Positions 1-11,986 are shown, counted from the first letter of the stretch. The stretch is 64,000 nucleotides of DNA from Octopus vulgaris (GCA_951406725.2 OX597825.1:5270001-5334000), one strand, 5' to 3'. A program made the numbers and translations. Notes: generated by a model not told the origin, from the sequence alone.

Positions 1-624
1 CCATGGGTGTATCTAGGAGAGCCTAAGAAATCTTCAGCCGACCGCCGTGTGTATAAGCGTTTGTGTGCTTATATATGTGTATGTGGGTGTTTATGCGTGT
101 ATGTATGCATATATAGGAAAGTGTGAAGGCACTTAAATACATCGCATGTTCGTGTTCCTGTAGAAGTGTTATTATACAGCTAAGACATAATGGACTTTTC
201 CAAAATATAACATTATGTTAATATACATTTAACTAGGAATACATATTGAATATTTCAATTGACTAAGAAAACAATATTTTGAGGATGTGTGTGTGTGTGT
301 ATGTAGGTTTCACTAGATTTGTGGATGTGTACGTGGCTGTGTGTTCGTTGAGTGTTTATTTTACTGATTTGCATTTCAATGAAAAGCAATTATTCATTAA
401 TGAAATTATTGTTTGTATTAAACAACTGCCAAGTCTGCGGCACCGCCAACATTCCCCACTGCCTTAGTCTAGTCTCCGTATTGTTTTCTTCTTTCGAAAT
501 TAATATTCACACCATTTTTCATATTTTTGTCGCAGGTTTTTCTTCCTCTCCTTCTAGCTCTTCTTACTACTATATCTCTGTCTCTCTCTCGCTCTCTTTC
601 TCTCATTTTCTTGCCACACATACA

Positions 625-677
<53 letters not shown>

Positions 678-791
678 CTAAATTTAATTATTTAATTGTT
701 ACAGTTAAAAAATTCTCAGTGACTGAAACCGGTACTGAAATGATTTTTATAAAATTATTTTAGCATTTTCTATCTTGACTTTTTTCCATAC

Positions 792-851
<60 letters not shown>

Positions 852-853
<2 letters not shown>

Positions 854-1137
854 GCGCAATAGCCCAGTGGTTAGGGCAGCGCACTCGCGGTCGTAGGATC
901 GCGGTTTCGATTCCCAGACCGGGCATTGAGCAAAAACACCTAAAGCTCCACGAGGCTCCGGCAGGGGGTGGTCGCGATCCCTGCTGTACTCTTTCGTCAC
1001 AACTTTCTCTTACTCTTTCTTCTGTTGGTCTGCTCGCTTAGCCAGCGGGGTGGCATCATTTGAAGGCTAAATTAATGCGAAGCGCATTGTGACCAGCGAT
1101 GTGTAGCAACATCTGATAGCCTCGTCGGTCACGGTGA
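852..1137 (+). mobile_element. tRNA-derived SINE (family A)
   Basis: Pol III-like head (TAGCCCAGTGG A box, GTTTCGATTCC B box). The first ~130 bp are shared with 63324-63460. Inserted next to (TG)n. Confidence 0.8.
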
Positions 1138-1151
1138 TATATACTTATATA

Positions 1152-1258
1152 TCCCTTCGCAGAGTGTCAAATTACTAATACATTTCTTGTGCCCGTCCTC
1201 GTGTCGTCCGTTTTTATTCGTTTATTTGAATTGTTTGTTTATTTGAATTAACTATATA
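1152..1258 (+). mobile_element. 3' tail fragment of a (TA)n-associated hammerhead element
   Basis: The ending TTTGTTTATTTGAATTAACTATATA matches 6751-6775 and resembles the tails at 41700-41750 and 3120-3186. Confidence 0.45.
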
Positions 1259-1611
1259 TAAGTATATATGTATGGCATGTGTGTGTGTGTGTGTGCATGA
1301 ATATATATACAGGAACGTGGGAGCACCAGAGTTTCTTGTGTATGCGAGTAACTACAGACGTCTACTAAAAGGTATTCTAATCGGAATAGGATTAACAGTG
1401 ATTAAAATCGAGGTACATTTTGACAAGTCCCCTGACGAATCACGTCAGCATCAATGATGCACTACATACAATACGGGCTTCCACAAAAAGTGCAAGTAAC
1501 GAATTCATTCACAAGGTTATTAGTCGGCTCGGCACTTGAGCAGAAACCCTTATTTAAGTGTCTATGTGTTCATGAACCTGAAACTATGCGAAACTGTGTG
1601 GTTGTAAAATT

Positions 1612-1780
1612 AGCTCGGGGGATGGGAAATTGACTACCCCGACCTCAATGCTTTGCTGGTACTTATTTTATCGACCCTGAAAAAAATGAAACGTTCAGTC
1701 GGCGGAATTTGAACTCAGAATATAAAGCGGGACAAATTGGCGCTAAGCAACAAACGATCGATTCTGCCAGCTAACGGCCT
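1612..1780 (-). mobile_element. SINE family M (decayed copy)
   Basis: Contains GGTACTTATTTTATCGACCC and CGGCGGAATTTGAACTCAGAA, shared with many copies in the window. Confidence 0.7.
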
Positions 1781-1880
1781 TAAAGATATATGTTTATAGG
1801 TGTAGAAATATATATAACATCTATAGATATGTATTACATACACACACACACACATATATGTATATGTATATATGTAAGTA

Positions 1881-1924
<44 letters not shown>

Positions 1925-2693
1925 ATTCTTCTTGTTTTCACTGCCAAACATCCATGCATATAGTGAAACCTTTTCAACCCAATTTCGATAGTTTTTTATA
2001 TACTTTTATTAGTTTTGTTTAGTTCATATATTAATTTATATTTTTATTCATTTTATCTTCTAAACATTTGTTATCATTTCTTATATTTCTCTTCCGAAAT
2101 ATCAAATATTAAAAAAAAAATCGTGTTATAATAATAAAATGCATTACAACCCAATTTCAATTCATCGATTTTTATAATTTCCATATTTTTGTTCCATTAA
2201 CTTTTTTCTATTCATTTTCCCCTTTCACCGTTATTATTTTTCTTTTTTCCGTCTTTTTCTTAATTTCATTTTCCAGCATCCGGCATCTTTAATTTTTTAT
2301 CATTAGCTGAAAATCAGTTTTCTCTCTCAAACTGTAACTTGTGATCAAAAAGTGTCTAAGAATATTAAAGAGATATTTTGAACTCTTCGTTAAAGTACAT
2401 TAATATCAAATAAATATATAATTGAATATAAAACAAATTAATATAAATTTAATTGCAAATGTTTGATTAATCTATTTCTATATTTGATGCATCATTACGC
2501 CCCTACACTCTCGCACAGTCAGACACGTGTTTGCCTTCTCTTGTGTCTCCAAATATCCTGTCCATAATTATTCCCGATTGCTCTATTAACAACATCATAA
2601 ATCTAATATTTCTTTGAATCAGCTGTATTGTTATATATATATATGTGTGTGTATGTGTGTGTGCTCAGGTGTGTGCGCGACTGTGTGTGATCA

Positions 2694-2851
2694 GGCGCAG
2701 ACGTGGTGAAAAGCTTGTTTTCCAACCACGTGGTTCTGCGTTCAGTTCCACTGCGTGGGTCCTTGGGCAAGTGTCTCCTACTATAAACCTCGAGCCAATA
2801 AAAGTCTTCTGAGTGGAATTAGTACATGGAAAGTGAAAGAAGGCCGTTCTA
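2694..2851 (+). mobile_element. SINE family B, 5' half
   Basis: CCAACCACGTGGTTC...CCACTGCGTGG..CCTTGGGCAAGTGTCT matches the complete copy at 56243-56645. Confidence 0.75.
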
Positions 2852-2868
2852 TACATACATACATACAT

Positions 2869-2905
<37 letters not shown>

Positions 2906-2922
2906 TAGACAGACAGACAGAC

Positions 2923-3005
<83 letters not shown>
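2852..3005. repeat. (CATA)n/(GACA)n/(GATA)n compound microsatellite
   Basis: Read directly from the sequence. Confidence 0.95.
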
Positions 3006-3006
<1 letters not shown>

Positions 3007-3183
3007 CGCTAGCCACTAAACCTTTTTCATTTTCTTTTCCTGTTTATTTCTGTGTTCCTTTCTGACGAAGAGCGTAGGCTCGAAAGGTAAAAGACTTTCT
3101 CACTTCCCGAGCGTTAAACTAATACATCTTTTTGGTGCTTACATACACGTCTTCGTCTTTTGTGTTTTTTTGTAAACTATCAC

Positions 3184-3186
<3 letters not shown>
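3007..3186 (+). mobile_element. Short non-autonomous Penelope-like element with minimal hammerhead
   Basis: Pyrimidine-rich body with a hammerhead core, ending in (TA)n. Homologous to 36003-36088, 40635-40826, 41556-41748 and 55707-55898. Confidence 0.65.
3058..3093 (+). ncRNA. Minimal type I hammerhead ribozyme motif (one core-adjacent substitution)
   Basis: cttt-CTGACGA-a-gagc(gtag)gctc-GAAAg-GTA-aaag. Stem I cttt/aaag, stem II gagc/gctc. Confidence 0.7.
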
Positions 3187-3227
<41 letters not shown>

Positions 3228-3289
3228 AATATGTGTGTGTACGTGTGTGTATGGGTGGGTCTCCGTGGGTGTGTCTGTATATGTGTGTG

Positions 3290-3525
3290 TCTTTGTGTCT
3301 GTATTTGTCCCCTACCACTACTTGACAACTGATGTTGATGTGTTTACGTCCCTGTAACATAGCGGTTCGGCAAAAGAAAACGATTGAATAAATACCAGGT
3401 TTGAAAAATAAAGTACTGGAGTCGACTAATTCGGCTAAAAATTCTTCAAGGCAGTGCCCCAGCATGGCCGCAATCTAATGACTGAAGCAGCTAAAATAAT
3501 ATATATACATTATATATGTATATAT

Positions 3526-3608
<83 letters not shown>

Positions 3609-3812
3609 CGTGTCTGTGTTTGTCCCCTTTCCCCCAATATCTCTTGACAACCGAGGCTTGTGTGTTTACATCACTGTAACTTAGCGGTTCGGCAAAGAGA
3701 TCGATGGAATAACTACTAGGCTTACAAGTCCTAGGGGCGATTTGCTCGACTAAAGGCGGTGTTCCAGCATGGCCGCAGTCTAATGACTGAAACAAATAAA
3801 AGAATAAAAAAG
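3290..3812 (+). mobile_element. Two SINE family B 3' halves (3290-3497, 3612-3812) separated by microsatellite
   Basis: CTTGACAAC...AGCGGTTCGGCAAA...CCAGCATGGCCGCA..CTAATGACTGAA occurs twice. Confidence 0.75.
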
Positions 3813-3824
3813 AAACCATATATA

Positions 3825-3860
<36 letters not shown>

Positions 3861-4685
3861 TGTATGTATGTATGTATGTATATGTCCTGTTTTCCATTTT
3901 CCTCTCAATCCTTACGTATCAAACTCATGTTGTTTGTTGTTGGTGACATCCTGTACCCATATATGCATATATATATATTATTTATATTATGCATATATAT
4001 TATGCATGTATATATATTATTTATATATAGAGAAAGAGAATGGGGGGAGAGATGCATTACAATAGAAAGTGTAAGAATGCACAATGGAAATGAAAGCACG
4101 ACATTCGTGCATCCATGCATATGAACATAATTAATGGCAAATGGCAAATTCAAATACAAAACACAGGGAAAGTCTGTGGCGCGTTCACAGCTGATATTCT
4201 TCGGCGGATTGCCCGAAGAAGGAAAACGTTATAAAGCAAATGTCATGGAGGGGAAATGTAGGATTTCGGGTAGAGTCACTTGTTGGATGTATAAGAAAAA
4301 CTCCGAGAGAGAGAAGAAAGCCAGGAGAAAAAGACATAAGGAAAAGGGGAGGAAAAGAGAGGAAAGAAAAAAAACGCACGTAGATAACTGACGTTTTGGA
4401 TAGTGTGTGTGTGTGTGTGTTTTTTTTTAAATATACATACATATATATGTATACTTGATTTTGAATAAAGTTAGTCGTTCGTCATTTTCTATCGTTTATC
4501 CATTTATATACAGAATACGGGTACTATGGAATTCTTGATGTATACAGAGTAAAGGATCGTTTCCGCCATACGATGACCTCAGGTAGCCAATAGCTATGGA
4601 TGAGCTTTCCACAGCATTCGACAAGTTACTTTTGCCAGTATCGTATTTGACTACATACATATGTATGTGTGTGTGTGTGTAGATA

Positions 4686-4746
<61 letters not shown>

Positions 4747-4747
4747 A

Positions 4748-4780
<33 letters not shown>

Positions 4781-4831
4781 ATGTATGTATGTATATGTAT
4801 ATTATATTTATATATATACGTATATATATAA

Positions 4832-5335
4832 AATGCAAAATGGGACAAGAACGCAAAACATCCAGGCAGTTAGGTGATACAGGAAAGGGAAAACAAAACA
4901 TCCAGATAGACGATACAAAGAAAAAAAGGACGGGTCATTCGGAGATTTCTTTCCTCAGTCGAGTTCCAGGTTATCTTTGCAGTTTCGGCTGGTTATACTC
5001 GTGATTGCTCCAATCTGGCCAGCCCCAAGGAAAAACTAAGCTAATGTATACGAAAACAAGGACGAAAAAAAACGGAGAAGTTTACACAAATACAAATAAC
5101 AGGACATAACAACAGGTGTCTTTCGACTAAGGACGAATTAAATTAAACTGGGATACAAGTTTTCACAGGCACAGAGAAGAATATAGATGCTGCATGGACA
5201 GCGGCTGAACCAAGAATGAAAGATCAGGCTTGGCCGAACACTGGAAGAGAGAGAGGGGTAGAGGCAGAGGGACAGAAGAAGTAAGGAGGGGCGAGAAAAA
5301 ATGACATTTAGACAGTGAAGTGAAAAGAGGAGGGA
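4832..5335 (-). mobile_element. (TA)n-flanked non-coding element, diverged relative of 25158-25942
   Basis: Shares colinear blocks with 25158-25650 (GGACGGG.CATTCG, TTTCGGCTG, GATTGCTCC, TCTTTCGAC..GGACGAATT, CAGCGGCTG). Confidence 0.65.
4952..5024 (-). ncRNA. Scrambled-order hammerhead-like motif
   Basis: Minus strand: ggctgg..gcaa-TC-acgagt..ccagcc-GAAA-ctgc..actcga-CTGAGGA. Stems II ggctgg/ccagcc and I cgagt/actcg pair; stem III has one mismatch. Confidence 0.5.
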
Positions 5336-5389
5336 AATACACAGGTACTGTTGGCCATTTTTTTACCTTCTTTGGATGTTTCTCTTTCT

Positions 5390-5427
5390 CTTTTCTGACG
5401 AAGAGGCATACCCGAAACGTCAAAAAG
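5390..5427 (+). ncRNA. Minimal type I hammerhead motif in an element (about 5340-5478 plus 6736-6775) interrupted by the mariner
   Basis: ctttt-CTGACGA-a-gaggcataccc-GAAAC-GTC-aaaaag. Stem II is imperfect. Confidence 0.6.
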
Positions 5428-5480
5428 TCTTTTTACTGAATGACAAACATTCTTCGTGTTCATCCACTAGTTGGCTGCTA

Positions 5481-6733
5481 CGAGGGGCGTTCAATAAGTA
5501 ATGCCCCTGACCCACTTCCCATAGCAGTAGAGCAACGAAACTTGGCACAGTTATTAGTCTTTTTCTACATAGCAACCACCCAGAGTTACGCATTTCTCCC
5601 ATTGTTTGATGCAGCTCTGGATACCGTTTTTATAGAAGACCCCAGCTTGGTCCTCCAACCTGAACGCGACTTCAGAAATCAAGGCTGCATCATCTGGGAA
5701 ACGCTTTCCTTTCAAAAACAACTTCATGACTGGGAAGAGGTGAAAATCAGAGGGTGCAAGGTCAGGAAAGTAGGGGGATGGGGGAGGAGTTCATAGCCAT
5801 ACGCCTGTGCTTCTGATCTGGCGATAAGCGAGTTGTGGACCGGAGCTTTGTCCTGCAGGAGGAGGAGGCCTTTGCTGATCTTGCCCCACCTCTTGATTTT
5901 GATAACTTCTCTTAATTTCCTCAAAAGTGAAGCATAATAGGCTCCTGCAATTGTGGTACCCTTTGCCAGGAAATCTGTCATCACTACTCCGTCCTGGTCC
6001 CAGAAGACTGTGAGCATGACCTTGCCAGCGGAGGGCTGCACCCTTGCCTTCTTTGGAGGGGGTGAGTCACGGTGCTTCCACTGCATTGACTGGGATTTGG
6101 TCTCTGGATCATTGTGATGGACCCAGGTTTCATCCTGTGTAATCAGTCTTTTGAAAAATTTTGACTCATCTTCTTGGCACATCTCTAAATTCACCCTCGA
6201 GCACTCGACGCGTTCTTGCTTCTGGAAAGGCGTAGGCAACCTGGGAATCCATCTGGCAGATACCTTTTGCATATGCAAATGGTCATGAATGATAGTTTCC
6301 ACAGACCCGGTACTAATCTTGACCTCATGGGCTATTTGGCGAATAGTTATGCGTCGATCTTCCAAAATGGCAGCCTCAACTTGACGAATGGGAGCTGTTT
6401 CCACAGAGTTCCGACCATGTTTGAATTCACGATGCCAGCGTTTTACAAGGTCATATGATGGGGCATCATCACCATAAGTTACTTTCATTCCATCAAAAGT
6501 CTCCCGTGGTGTGCGTCCTTTCAAATACAAAAACCGGATCACTGCTCGACACTCAACAGGCTCCATTTCACACTTGACTCGGTTCAAACACCTGTAAATC
6601 AGAAACCACAATTACTTCAGAGCTGTAATTTGCCACTTACTCTATAGAGATATAAACAATTGCACATGCAAAATTTCAGGTAGATCAAACAACTGCAAGT
6701 GGGTCAGAGGCATTACTTATTGAACGTCCCTCG
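5481..6733 (-). mobile_element. Mariner (DD34D) DNA transposon, near full length
   Basis: 37-bp TIRs CGAGGG(G/A)CGTTCAATAAGTAATGCC(C/T)CTGACCCACTT with 2 mismatches. TA target duplication at 5479-5480 and 6734-6735. Confidence 0.95.
5554..6566 (-). pseudogene. Mariner transposase, frameshifted
   Basis: MEPVECRAVIRFLYLKG...WIPRL...ITQDETW...LLQDKAPVH...HPP then a 1-bp frameshift to YFPDLAPSDFHLF...YVEKD*. 34 residues lie between the second and third D. The expected GRP linker after ETAP is missing. Confidence 0.92.
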
Positions 6734-6780
6734 TATTATTAGTTTTATTATTTGTTTATTTGAATTGACTGTATATATTT

Positions 6781-6987
6781 TTCTTTTATTTCTTTTACTT
6801 GTTTCAGTCATGTGACCGCGGCCATACTGCGACACCACTTTTAGTCGAACAAATCGACTCCAGGACTTATTCTTTGTAAGCCTAGTACTTATTCTATAGG
6901 TCTTTTAAGCTGAACCGCTAAGTTATGGGAACGTAAAAACACTACTATCTGTTGTCAAGCGATGTGGGGGGACAAACATACACCAAT
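6781..6987 (-). mobile_element. SINE family B, 3' half
   Basis: TTTTACTTGTTTCAGTCAT...GAACCGCTAAGTTA...GTTGTCAAGCGAT. Confidence 0.75.
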
Positions 6988-7039
6988 ATATATATGTATA
7001 TATATATACATATATATATATATATACATACATACATGC

Positions 7040-7098
<59 letters not shown>

Positions 7099-7175
7099 TG
7101 TATGTATGTATATATATATATATATATGTATATAGATATATATGTATATATATGTATATATATATGCACACACAC

Positions 7176-7245
<70 letters not shown>

Positions 7246-7755
7246 TTGTAATGAGCAACTGTATTTTCGTATTTTTTCTGATCTGACGGGAAAACAACAT
7301 GAGTTATCAACACATTTCCCGACTCGTGTTGTTTACTAATAATTCTATATTTAAATAATTTATAACTGTTTTCCACGTTGTTGTTATCGTTTTTTGTACA
7401 TCATTGTTGTTTTATCTCTTTACCTTCCGTGATCGATTAAACCTAATTAATAAAATAAATACCTTCCTCGCTGACCATCCCATTTTTTTGTATATCTTAC
7501 ACTACACTGCATTGTCTAAAGTATCCAACAAAATTCAAACCGGTCAAATTTGCTGTGATCGAAATTTTGCTGTTATTTCTAGCAGGCTATGATGGTTGCG
7601 TGGCTACAAACACGTCTTCGCTTTACGGAAATTGTTTGGCCACAGCTTTAACTTGGAATTAGTACAACATCATTGAGAACATTGCTATTATTCTATAAAA
7701 GCTAGAGGCAATAAGATGGTCGGGCGTTAGTTCGACAATAACTAAATATACTGCA

Positions 7756-7965
7756 TTCAGATTTTGCCACAAGGCCAGCAATTTCGGGGGAGGGTTAGGT
7801 CGAGCAGATCGACCCCAGTGCTCAATTAGTACTTTTTTTATAGACTGTGAAAGTATAAAAAACAAAGTGGACATCGGCAGAATTTGACTTCAGAAAGTAA
7901 AGGCGAACGAAATGCCGATAACCATTTTGTCCGGCGTACGAACGATTCTGCGAGTTTGCCACCTT
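7756..7965 (-). mobile_element. SINE family M
   Basis: CACAAGGCCAGCAATTTCGGGGG...CGGCAGAATTTGA...AACGATTCTGC. Confidence 0.7.
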
Positions 7966-8319
7966 AGTAAGTGTTGATATTCTGAGCTCACATGATTTCT
8001 TCTCTCTCTGTATCTTTCTCTCTCTCTTTCTCTCTGTCTCTCTCTCTCTCACTCTATCTATATATCTCTATCTCACTCTCTCAATTTCCTTCTCTCACAC
8101 TAACTCTCTCTTTCTCTCTCTCCCTCTCTCCCTCTCGCTCTTTCGCTTTGTACTTATCCATCTATATAGACACATACCTATGAATAAATATATATATAGG
8201 AACGAATATATAAGTATGTATATATATATATACAGACAGATATCCATGAATATTAGCCTATATATGTAAGTACTTTTATACACAAATATATACACACACA
8301 TATATAGAAATATATATAC

Positions 8320-8360
<41 letters not shown>

Positions 8361-8363
<3 letters not shown>

Positions 8364-8475
8364 TACATTTGACGGATATTTGTCCTCGTCTTGTTATACC
8401 CTCCAGCCTTCATCAGGTATCTTGGAGAAACTTCGAAGCTGGGTTCTCCTTCCTAAGGTATTTTTCGATGTTATA

Positions 8476-8510
<35 letters not shown>

Positions 8511-8605
8511 CATTATTCAGGTCACTGAATAATAATTGAACTCGGAATCTTGGAGATAGTGGTCCGCCCTCTTAACCACTACGCCATATGCCCGTGCGCA
8601 TATAG
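8361..8605 (-). mobile_element. tRNA-headed SINE with a hammerhead-like tail, between (TA)n tracts
   Basis: Minus strand: A box TGGCGTAGTGG (8576-8586), B box GAGTTCAATT (8534-8543), internal (AAT)n, then CTGATGA-aggctg (8410-8416) and a terminal (TA)n. Confidence 0.55.
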
Positions 8606-8623
8606 AACTGTATATATATTATG

Positions 8624-8680
<57 letters not shown>

Positions 8681-9271
8681 CATATATATATATATACAGT
8701 ACATATACGTATGTTCAAGCGTAATTTAAACAATACCAGTGCTATCTCTTTGCTATCTATTTCCGGGTGAGTATATCATGTGAACGTCACTCCCGGAAAC
8801 ATGATACTAATGATATGCAGTTTTATTTTTGGAACTAATAGGGTAAAAAGGGCACGCCTGACATATGGGATTGGTTGGTCGTGTTATAGGATTCTTCGTT
8901 GAAATATTCCTGGAATTTTATAGAGAATTCCGATTTATTTCTTATCGTATGTGTTGTAAAATAACTGTTTATGTGATATTAGTTTGGTTTTAGCATAAAT
9001 GAAAGCAAGACTCAGAATTAGCGCAGATATAGTAAACATACACTGCGTACATGTGTGTCTATGTATATCTGTATGTATAATAATGTGTATGTGTTTGTGT
9101 GTGTATGTGTGTGTGTGTGTGTTCGTAGTCCAACAGCCTCGTCTACATATATAGAAATTACGAGTGTATTAAAGGAATTCTAAAATATTAGTCTTCAAAC
9201 GGATTTTAAGCGACAAACTCTCAACATTTTCATGATTTGTAACGACCTAATGGTTTATAAACATCTAATTA

Positions 9272-9455
9272 TTGGTTTCAAATTTTGGCACAAGGCCGGA
9301 AATTTCGAGGGAAGGGTATGTCGTGTAGATGAATCACGGTGCTCAACGGGCATTTATTTTATCGACTCCGAAAGGATCAAAAGCAGAATCAACCCTGATG
9401 GAACTTGAACGAAAAGACGGACGAAATGCCACGAAAACTTGCTAGCTCTCTGCCC
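9272..9455 (-). mobile_element. SINE family M (decayed)
   Basis: TTTCAAATTTTGGCACAAGGCC...TTATTTTATCGACTCCGAAAGGAT. Confidence 0.65.
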
Positions 9456-9677
9456 TATTGACACCTAATAATTCAAACTAGCGGGACCCGTGAATATTTC
9501 AGGGAATTAATAGTAAATCTATTGGGTTATTTTTGAAAACTTTATCCAAAAAACTCGAAAGCTTCGCCTGTGTTTTGTCTCTATGGAAAGATAGTCGCTC
9601 GATTGCCAATCATTGAAAAGTGAAAGAAATTGGAATACAATGATTACTTAATGCCCTTTATATATACTGTCTATATA

Positions 9678-10140
9678 TTGGGTTGTCCGGAAAGTTCGTG
9701 CCGATTTTTAAAGGAAAAAAAAAGGCCAATAAATACTTGCCATTTTATTTTTAATCAACCAAATATGGACCATTTTGGTGCACAATGCGTTTCCATCTTT
9801 CTTTTAATTTGAAAATACTCTCTTCCCAGAATGGAGGGAGTTTCATGGTAAAGAATTCATCAAGCTATCTTTTTACGTCATCCAAGGAATTGAAATTTTT
9901 ACCATTAAGACTATTCTGCAGAGATCTGAATAAGTGGAAATCCGAAGGAGCAATATCTGGTGAATATAGAGGGTGGGCTAACACATCCCAGACGAGCTGC
10001 AACAATTTTGTCTGGTTCCCAAAATATCAAGTGCCGAAAATGAACTTTCTTATCTTCCATTTTAAAAGGATATAGAATTAACACAGTTTATAGGAACATA
10101 AACCTTCTTCCACGAAAAGATAGCTTAAACTGTGCTCTAA
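9678..10140 (-). mobile_element. Internally deleted mariner
   Basis: TIR-like TA|TTGGGTTGTCCGGAAAGTTCGTGCCGATTTT. The minus strand encodes an N-terminus MEDKKVHFRHLIFWE (from 10060) joined near 10017 to a C-terminus WDVLAHPLYSPDIAPSDFHLFRSLQNSL...RWKRIVHQNGPYLVD* (stop at 9751). Confidence 0.85.
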
Positions 10141-10172
10141 ATTTTCTTTTTGCCGTGTACATACACACACAC

Positions 10173-10259
<87 letters not shown>

Positions 10260-10904
10260 CCTGTGTCTACGAACTTCCTTTCGCTGGCGGCCTTATTCAA
10301 GTAAACATGTTTCTTCCTGCGCTCGTGAAAAAATTTTTTGCTCGTCTAGGCTTATAGGCCCTCTTTATTTGTTTTCCTGTCCTGTTTCTATTCCTTCTTG
10401 TACTGTATTTTTTGTAATTGTATTTTTATTTTGTATTTGTTTTTAATTGTATTGTTTTTACGTCCTGTTTTTGTCACATTTTTTTCTTGTTTTTACCCCT
10501 CTGCAAAGGAATTTTATTTAATTCTTTCGCAGGAAGGACTAGTTCGGCGAGACGTGTTCTGTCCTCACCTTCGAAACACGCTGGAGTTGAACTAGGGACA
10601 GCCGATGAAGGGGATTTTTCCTTGTGTAGTTGTCTTGTACTCTGCTTTTCGTTGTTAAAAAAATGGTCCCTTCCATGCTGTTTTTACGTTTTCGTTTCTC
10701 GTTGAGTTCTACGTCTATTTGTGGTGTCCTGTACACACGTATATATATTTATATATGCATGTATATATACATGTAGATGTAGGTACGTACATATATGTTT
10801 GTATGTATGCATATATTTTATCTGTTACACTATTGTATGACTGAGCACCTTCGCGTCGATTCGATTCGTTTGGTTTCGTTTCGTTTCTTCTTCTTCTCTA
10901 AGCT

Positions 10905-10905
<1 letters not shown>
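10260..10905 (+). mobile_element. (TA)n-flanked non-coding element carrying a scrambled hammerhead-like motif
   Basis: T-rich body bounded by microsatellites. Its 3' part is similar in architecture to the reverse complement of 49625-49782. Confidence 0.55.
10533..10608 (+). ncRNA. Scrambled-order hammerhead-like motif
   Basis: gaagg-a-ctagttcggc-gaga-cgtg-TT-ctgtcc-tca-ccttc-GAAA-cacg-ctgga-gttgaactag-ggacag-CCGATGA. Stems II gaagg/ccttc, III cgtg/cacg and I ctgtcc/ggacag are all perfect. Core U4 is C. Confidence 0.55.
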
Positions 10906-10984
<79 letters not shown>

Positions 10985-11163
10985 TGTATGTATGTATGTA
11001 TGTATGTATATCTATATATATATATATGTATACATGTATATATATATGTGTACATCTATATATATATATATATGTATATGTATATATATGTATATATATA
11101 TATGTATGTATATATAAATATATATGTATACATGTATATATATATATATATGTACATCTATAT

Positions 11164-11195
<32 letters not shown>

Positions 11196-11225
11196 GTATA
11201 TATATACATATGTATATATATATAT

Positions 11226-11297
<72 letters not shown>

Positions 11298-11431
11298 ATA
11301 GAAATGGTAAGACAACAAAAGAATGAAAGAGACCTCGATATTACTTAAATAGAGGAATTTATTTGTAAATATAATTATTCGGTAGCCATGATGGGTACCG
11401 AATAATTGCCACATATATTATATATATATAA

Positions 11432-11760
11432 GTGATAATGGTGTCAGGTAATACTGAATAAGTGCTATAGACAGACCATAGTTAAGTTCCAGATTCGGTA
11501 ATATTGCGAATAAAGGGTTCAACGTTGGTTCTATGTCAGCGTGTGTATATAAGACTTTTTTGCGTAATGAGATAAAAAAAAAACCAAGGCTGTATAGATA
11601 TTCGGGCATTTATAGATAGAAGGTCTTACGACTGTTTCTAGGATATTAATTAATAATATCCCTTCATCTGAGGCGGTGTGAGAGGAAAAATTATGTCATA
11701 GTTAGTTTTGATGTGGAGGAAAGAAAATAGATAAATACATCTATAGGTGAAATTTTTCTA
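11432..11760 (-). mobile_element. (TA)n-associated Penelope-like terminal fragment
   Basis: 11550-11745 is homologous to 17283-17500 and contains a hammerhead-like motif. Confidence 0.6.
11623..11674 (-). ncRNA. Degenerate type I hammerhead motif
   Basis: gcct-CAGATGA-a-gggatatt..aatatccta-GAAAC-agtc-GTA-agac. Confidence 0.5.
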
Positions 11761-11986
11761 GTATTATGTATTTAAAAAATTACGTTTTCTTGATTTGTTA
11801 TTTAATAACTTGGCAAATAATTTCCATAATTCTCTACTTTAATATGGATTTTGCTAACATACAGCAACAACTAAGTGTACATATTGGACTCTAATAATAG
11901 AATTAGCAGATCTGTTTCGAAAGGAAACTGCTGTCACCTGCCCTAACTATCAATATAATACCTTGATATGTCTGTATGTTTATGTA

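Noticed and set aside
852-925. tRNA gene calls for SINE heads (also near 8530-8590, 28770 and 58350-58420)
   Set aside because: A and B boxes are present, but no full cloverleaf is evident and each continues into a repeat body.
4185-4400. Another possible microsatellite-flanked ribozyme element (CCGAAA and CCGAAGA on the minus strand)
   Set aside because: Spacing and helices match neither the canonical nor the scrambled hammerhead pattern.
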